From Chrysomallon squamiferum (taxonomy: Eukaryota > Animalia > Mollusca), in the NCBI GenBank assembly GCA_012295275.1, contig CM022670.1, positions 14,074,001 to 14,138,000 on the forward strand: a DNA stretch of 64,000 bases, in the 5' to 3' direction. The notes below the pieces were generated by a model that was given only the letters and a program-made list of their open reading frames with translations, searched no databases and was not told the DNA's origin. This document shows, piece after piece, positions 53,531 through 64,000 of the stretch; positions within the stretch are counted from its first letter, which is position 1, and the number at the start of each line of letters is the position of its first letter. A program made the translations under genes and the position numbers.

Positions 53531-55791
53531 TACATTACTGACACATATATCAAATATACTTTGGAGAATTTATGTAAATATGTTTCTTGTGATTTTCTTG
53601 ATGGGATGAAGAAGTGAAAACATGAAATCATGCTGTAAAGAGTTTACATCATGACTGTTCATCACTGCATATACATTTTGAGAGTATTATCTAGATGTTA
53701 TGTAATACCTATAACATTCGATAACCTTCAAAATTAAAATTTGCAAGAGTTTTTATAAATAAATATTCATTATACATTATTCACACTACAATTTCTTTTC
53801 TTTTTATTAAATTATTTTTCTTTAACTTTTTTTTTTTTGTTTTTTACTATGTGCATTCAATTCTAATTCTTTTTCATTTATATTTTTTTTATTTATTTAT
53901 TTATTTAATATAAATTTCAAGTAGTCCATTTGAGGAAAAAAAAAAAAAGACTTCTGTTACTAACTATATATATTAATGGTTATCTTGCTTACTAATTTTT
54001 CTATTTTATTTATAACTTCATCATCAGATAAAGTTAAAATTAAGTGCTTTTTTAAAATAAAGTTCATTAATAATTCTCTTCTGTGATGGAAACACAGAGG
54101 TACATCACAAAATAAGATGGGGAACATTTCTAAAATTAGAATTCTAAATCTCTCTCTTTTTCTCTCAATATATGTGTGTGTATATATAAATCGTTTTTCG
54201 TAGACTTTTAAGATACAATATTTATTTAGACATCTGTTCATTATCATTCATATACGTCTCGTGCCTGGGGAAAAAAGCTTAAAAGAAGTTCCATGACGAA
54301 TCATGATGGTAAAGCTTAAATTTCAAAACTGCGAATGACTTAATAAGATATAGCCTATATATATATATTTAAAAAAAAAAAAAAAAAAAAACCCAATAAA
54401 AACAAAAAAATGTTTAATCTATAAACAATTTTTGATTCAGTTATCTGAAATACTGGCTTAATCATTCTTCAGTTATACAAATGAGGATTAATATATAACA
54501 TCAGATTCTGGTCCTAATAGATAATAATATATAATGTGTTTGCATTTATGCTGTTAATAACGATTAACCGAACTCTGGTATATTCATCACCATCAGATAG
54601 GACCCTCGTTTACATAACAACTCAGAAATCGGTAAAGGTTAAATCATAAAAAATTTATATTTCATATTAAAAACTTATTCTAAACTTTATCTGTAGTATC
54701 TTTATTTTGTTACAGTTGTGCACAGAAGAGTATTTTTCAAAGAAAATGTTTCGATTGTCCTTTATAAATATAAAGCAGTAAAAAAAAAAAAAAAAATCAT
54801 ATAAAACTTTGCATTGTTCATGAAATATTCATGTGTGGTATCAAAGTGCAGCTGAAACTATCTTTTTCAGATACGCCTGTACTCACAGTTTTCAATAATT
54901 TTGAAATTAAATGAATTCAGCTTTCTGTCCTCCATTTAGAACATGCCTTTTGTTCGCAATATAAGTTTAATTTAAATGGATAGCACGAATTCTGACTTTT
55001 GAAAATAATGACATTTCTAAGGCGTTTTGCTATTGTTATTATTATTATTATTATGATGATGATCATCATCATCATTATTATTTTAATTTCTTTTTTTCTT
55101 TTTTAACTGTAATTGTTTTTCTTTTTTTTTTTTTTGGGGGGTGTTTATGTTTTTTAAATGTCAGTTAATGACATTTACATCTACAGAGATCTACTTTCAG
55201 GCTTCATCGAATTACAATTTATGAGCAGTGATGATTATAATTATTTATCATTATTTAACAAGCTGATTTATGAAAATAAATAAATAAATAAATAAAAATT
55301 CTTTCCTTTGATATATATTACATACCGAATGTAATTCATTAAACTTGTACTTCAGGTTTAAGCCTTGACAACAGATGTTTTACTTATGCAGGAGATCGAG
55401 GAATTACTAAATATTTTACTATGATTTATTGTTCTGATACTAATGCAAATATAAAAAAAGATCACATAATGACGAATACAATCACGGCTGACTTTACACC
55501 AGCCAAACGAAGATGTTCATAATTTCTATGTTTAGCTGTGTTAATTTTTTACCAGACATCCAGGCAGTGATTTGGTGAAATGATATGCTTCAGGGAAAAA
55601 AACAAGATCATAAATAAATGTATTCAGCTGTCAGTTTAGTCAAGTATCTGTTACACCTGCTCTCTCACACACATAAAAAAATATCAACAACAAAAAAAAA
55701 GCCCAATCGATAACAACGGCATAGAGAGAGAATAATAATAAGAGAACAATTTTTTTAATTGATTCCGATAAAACCACGACATAAATAAATA

Positions 55792-55853
<62 letters not shown>

Positions 55854-56549
55854 CAACAATAACAACAACAAAAAACAAAACAAAACAAAAACAATGAACA
55901 TAAAACGTAATGAATCAGTTTCTTTAGCATAGAATATAAAACATTTGTCAGCAAAAAACATTTTGAAGTAAAACAAATATTTTCTTATAGTGTCATGAAC
56001 GAAATAAAATAAAAACCAAATTACAAAAACCCCCAGAAAATCAAATAAACGAAAAGAAATATTTTTCGAATTCGAAAATGTTTGAAATAAAACATTTAAT
56101 TATTATTGTTTTTTTTTTAAATTTATATGTATAAATCATTACTCACCATAATATATATTATTACATCAAGGTCCTTTAATATTTGCGATGAATGGCAGAA
56201 ATAGTGAAAGTAACACGTACAAAATTAACACACACACACACACACACACACAAAGAGATCATTTAAAATTAGCTATTCGGTTTTGTGGTTACATTAATCC
56301 TCCAATAAAGTTATTAAAATGTATATTTAATACTGGAAAGAAAATGTCTGTGAATAGATTCAAATTTTATGTATATCACCTTTCGTTTTTGCACTAATTA
56401 TTTTAAAATAAAAATTGATTCTGTAAGATGCAATACTGTCGAGTAATGATCATAATATAGCTTTTCATAATATAAAATGTACAATAAGAGCAAAAAAATT
56501 GAACAAAATGAATAAATATAAATGAATAAAGAAGATAATAGGCTGATTG

Positions 56550-56689
56550 AGGAGCGTGGATGTGGATCCTGTGCACTTCACCGTATAATTTGTACCCACT
56601 GATAAGTGTTCTGCATAATTAAACCATTTCTACGTGAAAATGGATAAAATGGTTATAATCCCTTCTTCTGAAATCATGGATCCGCTCCT
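56550..56689. mobile_element. Short MITE-like element with AGGAGCG...GGATCCGCTCCT termini
   Basis: Left AGGAGCG(TGGATGT)GGATCC vs reverse complement of right end AGGAGCGGATCC; same TIR style as 2168-2447. Confidence 0.5.
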
Positions 56690-57023
56690 AAAACACGAAC
56701 AAACACCAACAAAGTGAAAGTACGTGTACCCATTTTAAAATATATAAACATTTCACTTTGATTTCAATATATCACAGATATGCTATAAAAATGTTAAAAC
56801 AATCTAACAGTTCACACGAAATATTATAAATCTCTTTGTAATTCCAAATGAAGTTGCAGTTTAGAAATCAGCTTTTTCGTTAGCCATTTTCAAAACAAAG
56901 AATGTCCACAACTATAAGACAATCTTCAAACAACTGGGATCTAATATTTAACACAGTTAAATAAAAATTATATCTATATAAAGCTTTTGTACGCTAACAT
57001 TTCTTCTTGGCATCAGTTTTGTT

Positions 57024-57650
57024 CTATTCCTTTTCAACATAGAGTTTCCCACAGAAGTAACACACTTTAGTGGCAAGCTGTAATAAATAAGGCATAAAGG
57101 TCAAAAGTCCGTGGAACTGATGATCAGGCATGGCGACTCTGTATGTAAACAAGTTGTCCTTCTCGTTGTGGATGTGGGAGAAGTTGTAATTTTCTGAGAA
57201 TGACGTCGTGAATTGTTTTTGCAGCCTGTCGATTTCTAGTTTAATGCCAGGGTCCCTCAGTCGTGTTATGGACTGACAGAACGAACATATTTTCTCATAA
57301 AGAGTATCACTTTCCGTTTTCAGGTCGCAGATTTGAGTCCAGAAAGATAAAAAGTCTTCCATTCTTTCAGGCATCTCACAAACTCGTCTACCGTTCTTTG
57401 GAAGGTTTTTCCCGAATTGATAGAGATTCTTAAAATGATTGAAAGTCTGGATGTTGCTAGGCACGAGCTGTGGATATGTTACTTGTATTATTTTGATTGC
57501 ATCCAGAAAGGTCTGGAACCTCCGGTCAAACCAGTCTCTGTAGCGAATCTTCACGGCGTTCAGGCGACCCATGTGCTCGTGACACTCCATTTTTAGCTTT
57601 TCCAGCTCGAGGTATTTTACTTCGAACAGTGTCTTTTCAGTCTTCTTCAT
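57024..57650 (-). CDS. Uncharacterised 208-aa, probably helical protein (terminal coding exon; may extend 5')
   Basis: 627-nt high-complexity ORF, GC-richer than flanks; acceptor TTTGTAG at 57661-57660 followed by in-frame KIE-M; candidate upstream minus-strand donors at ~58790, ~59088 and ~60149. Confidence 0.8.
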   Translation of the reverse strand: MKKTEKTLFEVKYLELEKLKMECHEHMGRLNAVKIRYRDWFDRRFQTFLDAIKIIQVTYPQLVPSNIQTFNHFKNLYQFGKNLPKNGRRVCEMPERMEDFLSFWTQICDLKTESDTLYEKICSFCQSITRLRDPGIKLEIDRLQKQFTTSFSENYNFSHIHNEKDNLFTYRVAMPDHQFHGLLTFMPYLLQLATKVCYFCGKLYVEKE

Positions 57651-57929
57651 TTCTATTTTCTACAAAACAAACAAATTCAACATGTAATTTCCAATAAAAA
57701 AAGTGCTATATTTATTTTATTTTATTATAAGCGTTAAAGGATCTGCTACATTAACTAGGTTTGCGGTTATTTGTGGTTAAGCTGCATCTGAAAGAAGAAA
57801 ACTATTACTATGCTCCACTGTTATTAAAAATTATCTTTTAAATGCACTTTCTTATACACTGAAAAGCACAAATCATAACGTTCGATGAACAATCATTGCT
57901 TGTCATTGAAGATATCGTATCCAAAATTT

Positions 57930-58113
57930 CGAAAACTTAATTTGTTTTCGAACTTTATTTCATACACGAAATCGCATTTATAAAATTAACTGTAGCCTCT
58001 ATGGAAAGAATGTTAATGAAACATAATCGAATTTTATGTTCTGCTTATATTCTACAATTCGGAATCCGAGACGTCTCCAGCCCCAAGCATTTCAACTAAG
58101 GGATCTTCAGTAT
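57930..58113 (-). mobile_element. Tigger/MER46-like fragment, reverse orientation
   Basis: AACTTTATTTCATACACGAAA...ATGAAACATAATCGAATTTTATGTT...CCAAGCATTTCAACTAAGGGATCTTCAG mirrors 188-390. Confidence 0.45.
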
Positions 58114-58599
58114 GTGCTGAGGAAATGGAAATATCGCATAAAGTAAAATAAAGTGATTAGACCCAGCAAAATCATGCACTTACACATTTAACTCCGCTCC
58201 TGTTACAAGTTCAGAGAAGTCAAATTGGATTTTCACCCCAGTAATAAAAAGCAAATTAATATGCCACACGTCTTTAAATCACGAATACTCAGATAAAATG
58301 CGACAAAAATATATTAACACAAGACTTGTTGACATTTTGTATAAATATTACAAACAGCCACGAAAGGTTCAGCAGAATCTACAATGCCAGTAACAACTAA
58401 TATCAGTCGCTTTTGTAGCAGAGAAAGAAAAAAAACGAAATCACCCGTGTGTTGACACGACTGTTGCTTTTATTTTGCTGGTTAGGTCTGTGATCGACCA
58501 TGAATAGAGGCCAATTTTCGATTTAATATGGGCAGGTTCAAACATATCGTAATACTTTTGTATTCGTCAACGAATGTCAGTTTGCGACAACGAATAATT

Positions 58600-58631
<32 letters not shown>

Positions 58632-60042
58632 GAAAAAGAAAGAAAAGAGAACAGAAAAGCATTGTTGGTATGTAAGACTTTAAAACATTGTACAACCTTC
58701 TTTTTTTGTTTCAAAAATCAGTTTTGAGGACAAACTGTTATAGAAACAATTGCAATAACCAAGGGAGAAAATGAGGCGAAATTTAATTACCTGATAGCAC
58801 AGCTTTAATGTCGTAATTTATTATTATAAACAACAAACTTTTTATTTTATTATTATTATTATTATTTTATATTAATAAATATTCCAGTGAAAATAATATT
58901 TCTAAATGACCTTGAATGTGTTAACAAATAAACATTTACATCTTTGTGAATAAGAATGGATGTATATATTTTATTATATTATATCCTAAATTTTTCATTA
59001 ACTATGCAGTTGTACTGAACTTATTTTCACAGTGGAGAGTACAGTACCAGGGTTTGAATTTTATCTCAACCGTTGTTACCATTCTTACCTGCTTTGGTGC
59101 CTCAGAATTTGGACGGTGTCCGCCGCAATAAAATCCCGTGGCTGCCTTATCTGAATGTGGAATACAATCTTTAAAAATACTCGTATTTCTTGGTGTTTTT
59201 CTTTAATGTGCTGCATTTACAATTGAATAATTATCGTCTAAACGAGGCAGCAATCAAATATTTGCCTTGGTATCCTAACTTTTCTTATTAAATCGAAGGC
59301 AACACTTACTTGTCTAGCCCTAAACAGTATTAAAGTTCTATTTCTGCATATTTTGGGGAGGTGTTAGACTGCTACAACATCTCTTTAATCTTAAATGTAA
59401 TAAACTAACACTAATACTGTTTTATACAAATATATAAATAAATCTTGATTTGATATTTCAAAAAAAAAAAAAAAAAAAAAAAAAAATGAATTGATAATAC
59501 TAATTGGTACACATAATTATTACATTTTGTTCAATATTCACTAATTAATAACCGCATATACCCAACAGGCGCATATCTAGATTTCTTTTCAAAGACTGTC
59601 TGTCGGTTCTGACCAGCAGAGGTTTTCAAGCACAGCAAATGACAACCGCACTGTTGTAAGGAACTAGGGAATAAATATATACAGGAACTTTAATAAAAGT
59701 GAACAGTTATTTGGTTATCGTGATCAAGGTCTCTACTGCAGATTCTCACATCTTGAAAATAATGATGATGATGATAATACATATAACGGATTCAGAACCA
59801 CAATGCAAAAAACATTATGTTTCATTTTTTATTTATTTTTTAATCGCACATTCATTCATTTCATGCAGATATTCAGATGGAAGGCAATGAATGTCTCTCT
59901 AAGGAAATGGAAATTGACTGCTAAATCTATTATATTAGTGTGGGTGGGAATTTATGCGTTAAGAAACTCACGTTATTCAGTTAACAGTAATTTACCGATA
60001 TCAAAATGGATTGTATAAGTTTGATAGTTCTGATATGATCAG

Positions 60043-60045
<3 letters not shown>

Positions 60046-60135
<90 letters not shown>
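60046..60135. repeat. (GA)n microsatellite
   Basis: Directly visible. Confidence 0.95.
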
Positions 60136-60137
<2 letters not shown>

Positions 60138-62673
60138 CTGTTTCTTACCTGTTAATGGTTACATTTGATCCATATTGGAACACTATATAAGTGTAAAAAT
60201 ATCACATGTTCTTCGTTCCATGATCAATTATTATAATCCATTCTGCTATGAACGTTTTGTGAATGTTTTATTACCAAGTAACTATGTCGTCTGGTGTTGT
60301 AACCAAGAAGGCGCGCGCGCGAAACAATCACTTCTGCGATCTAGTCGCAAATATACACCTTTTTGCGTGATATCTTTTAGCAGTGGTCTTGGGTTAATCT
60401 TAGTTTGATCGACTTGAGAAATAAACTTCGATTGTTGTCGCTTTCGTTGGTGAATGTATAAAAGCTGTCGTGGTATAAAAGTATAAGATTAAAAACAGCA
60501 GGAGATTTACTTCTGCTTTTCAAGATCGCCACCGATTAAATAAAAGCGTTTTCCAACTAAGGACAATCACAGTCAATACCCAGTTACGAACTAAACTATT
60601 CCGAACAAATATTTAAAACAAATAATAATAAAAAATAAACATAATAATAATAATTATTTTCTTTAAATAATGATATTGCTGAAATATCCGGCAGTAAAAA
60701 ACATTATCCAGATTACAATACTGGTATCGTACCCAGCAGAACAATTCTATGGTTGAAATTTACCACTTAACAACCGAACACGCATATATAACGAAACCCT
60801 TGAATAAATAATAGATAATCTTTTGGTAGCCTATACATACTTTTCATTTTGTTAACACGGCGTAGCGGCTGAATAGGTAGTATACGGTGACGACCGACCT
60901 TTTAACCCGAAACACATTACTCAATTCTTCTTTAACGGAACTTATGTCACTCAAATCTTATACCTTTCTTTCTGTAGTTGAATGATAACAGAACATTTAA
61001 AAAAAAATTGAATATTTATGTAAAACTGATGTATATGAACATTTGATCTTTTACCTCTTTGTTTAGAATATGGGTCTGAGCAGTGATAGATTGCACTGTC
61101 AGCCCTTCCTAATGGGTTAATTATTTCTAAGTGCCCGTTTGCTTATTTACATTTTACAAATGATACAAAAATACGTCAAAATGAGTAATTAACACCAACT
61201 GGCGAATGACTGGTTTTATGCCTATAAGTCTTATTTGCATGTTTGTTGTGTATAATATTGTATACCATCATCACCAGAGCTACCTGTTGATTGTTATTAG
61301 TAGTATTGTCAGTGTTGGTTGTATTCGTACTGTTCTGTGAACCAGCAACATGTAGCGATGATATTCCAGCCAGGCTTTATAGAAACCAATTTACAGAAAA
61401 TGTCTGAATGTATGAGAAACTGAAAGTGTTTAATTTATATTTTTAAAATTTATTCTAAATACATTTTTGCTTTGTTTTGTTTGAACTATTTATTTATTTA
61501 TTTATTGAAAATATGCACTCTTCTATATACCAAATAACACATAACATTGTTTTAGAATGAAACTCAAATGTTCCTATAAACAAAATTAAAATTGACCACT
61601 TTGTTCCTATTTAAATGCATAATTAAAATCTAATTGCTCTTTTCTTCCAATATAAATGTTAAATTAAAATTTGGTTCCTATTTTTTTCTTCTTCTAAAAA
61701 TATGTAAAATTAAAATCCAGTTAGTTTTCTTCTACATGAAATAAAAACCTAATAGCTTTTTTTTTTTTAGACTCCACTAGTAGTGTTCATATCAGTGAGT
61801 TTAGGATAATCTTCTTCAAGGGATTACTTCCCATTTCATTTGAGTCTCTGTAACTGGTAAATCTAATATTTTAAAATGCACATATTATCCTACTTATGAC
61901 CAAGTTACATTTGTAATTTACTTTATATTTTAAATATTACCCAGCATTTTCTATTTTGCTTGTACTATAGCACAGCTCTCTACCAGATTGATTGTGTGTT
62001 TGCAATAAGGAAAAGAACCATTATTTTTATTTATCTTTTCTCTATTATTTTTTTTCAGTCACTGTTGTAGGTACAGACAAACATAAATCACAAAGGCTGT
62101 AAAATAAATAGTATGAAACAAATTATTCATGAAAAATATATCTGCATAAAGAGAATTAGTGAACCCCATCTTTTAATGAAATGGTTTATGAAAAGTCACC
62201 AGAGACTGAGTCCTTACATCACTAAACTATTACAATACAATATCAGTAGCTTATGTATATATGTGTGCATGTGTATGTGTGTGTAAATATAATAATAATA
62301 TTGTAAGATGAACACATGATCAAATAAATAAATAAATAAAAAAATATATGAATAAATATATTTAAAAAAAGATAAAAGTAACAATAAACTCCAACAACAC
62401 ATAAGCCAAAAAATAAAACTAACAATAAGCATTATTATTTATCAGTAACTGTATTCTGATTTCAGAACATTACATTTTTGTTTTGATACATAAAAACAAG
62501 CTAAAACAAGAAATAACAAGAAACAATAAAATTTATCAATAAATTGTATCAGATTCTAGAACATTATAACATCATTTGAACATTTTATCACAAAAAAAAA
62601 AAAAAAAAAATGTTACGCAGCAGGAATAAGCAAGAGTAAGATTTTTCCATAATTACAAAAAGAATTCAAAACA

Positions 62674-64000
62674 TTACACCCTCTTTTCAACATTCTGCAA
62701 CAAAGGCTCCATTAAAGTTAAGAAAGAACTATTAAATTCATTTTCAGAAAACCTATGAACACTGTCTCTAGCATTCGTCTGTATCTTCAACCTCTCCTTG
62801 TCAGACATTTTGAAAATAATTTCCAAGGCATCAGCATATGACTCAACATCATCGGCTAAGAAACCAGTTGGTTCTTCATTGTAAGGTGTCACTATGTCCA
62901 GTTTGGGTCCACCAGAATTGTGTGCCAGGACTATACACCCTGCAGCCATTAACTCTACAATACCTTTAGAAAAGAAGAAAAGGAAAAAAAAAAAGGAAAA
63001 TATTAGGTATCATGATAATGAAACTATTTCTAAATCTAAGTAACAAGTAATTTTATAATTTAAAATAAATGTGTATTAATTTGGAAAAAAAACAATTTTT
63101 AAAATTAATTTTCACATTTTATTTTAGACCTAATTATATACAAATAACACCTAGAAATTAAAAACCACAAATCCTATAAATGATATGAAACATTATTTTT
63201 TCATCTTACCTATACCAAAATGTTCATTCCACATTGTGTGTAAACCAATGACAGACTTTCCCATGATCTCCTTCAGTTCAGAAAAACTCACATTCAGTCT
63301 GAACTGGACACTGTCAGCCACATTCAGCTCCTCACAATAGGTTTTCAGGTTATTAACCCTTTCCATGTCATTGTCATGTCTACAACTCCCAACCAAAAGC
63401 AGCTTGTATGTGTTTCTTTCAGAATCAGGAATTCTTTTCAGAAATTCTGAAAAAGACTGGATCTGTAATGGATGATCTTTTTCTGGTCTGAACTGTCCAA
63501 TGGACACAATGATTTTATCTCTGGAAGATAATAATCTGTTTTCAAGTGGAAGTTTGATAAACTCAGTGATGTCACAAGGAGGATACACAATGTGTGTTCT
63601 GTCTGTTGCCTGCCACAAATAATTAATATGATTGAATGTCCAGGTAGAGTTGACCATAACAAGATCACATCTTTTTCCAGCCAGCCCATACAAATAGGCA
63701 AACAGTTTATAATAAATTAGTTTCACAGCACTTAGAACTGGACTAGATGAAATGAAATCAGCATTATTGTAAGAACGAGTTTGTCGAGACACTCTCTCCA
63801 GCATATCTGTGCTGATTGTAGGATAGTGGGTGTATGTCCCCACCTTGCACCCACCAAAGTATTTAAATAATGGAATAGTAAAAGCATAACCCATACTGTC
63901 AATAAAAATGTCAGGCACAAAGTTCATCATAGCTTCCCAGCCTAAAAACACGGAGCCGAGAGACTGTCCAAGGAGTGTAAAGTAAGGATACTTGCAGGCT
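62674..64000 (-). CDS. ALG11: GDP-Man:Man3GlcNAc2-PP-Dol alpha-1,2-mannosyltransferase, 3' part (5' end beyond the window)
   Basis: Exons >64000-63210 and 62963-62674 (G|GT junction). Motifs [76 protein letters not shown]. Confidence 0.95.

Noticed and set aside
48061-56500. Short ORFs in the long AT-rich tract
   Set aside because: Low complexity with no consistent exon chain; likely UBE2K 3' UTR and intergenic DNA.

Overview
AT-rich, microsatellite-rich, intron-containing animal genomic DNA (invertebrate, mollusc-like; taxon not provable from sequence). No rRNA, tRNA or CRISPR features are supported. Genes reconstructed by hand from splice sites and phase: (1) a minus-strand ~886-aa orphan repeat protein (15-aa and 26-aa repeats) with two frameshifts; (2) three tandem GH27 alpha-N-acetylgalactosaminidase/alpha-galactosidase paralogs (A minus, B plus, C minus) with the same 7-coding-exon structure; (3) a 318-aa PRPS1-like gene with two alternative start-codon exons and a GC-AG intron; (4) divergent UBE2K (200 aa); (5) an unrecognised 208-aa ORF; (6) the 3' part of ALG11. 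Main discovery: GH27 paralog C has two tandem, phase-incompatible copies of the substrate-specificity exon. One encodes CEWPLY (alpha-galactosidase A signature) and is not shown in the ORF track; the other encodes CSWPAY (alpha-NAGA signature). One gene may therefore make both the GLA-like and the NAGA-like enzyme by mutually exclusive splicing. Paralog B has an altered pocket (CSWPFF) and a GPI-anchor-like tail. All splicing and function claims are predictions from sequence.
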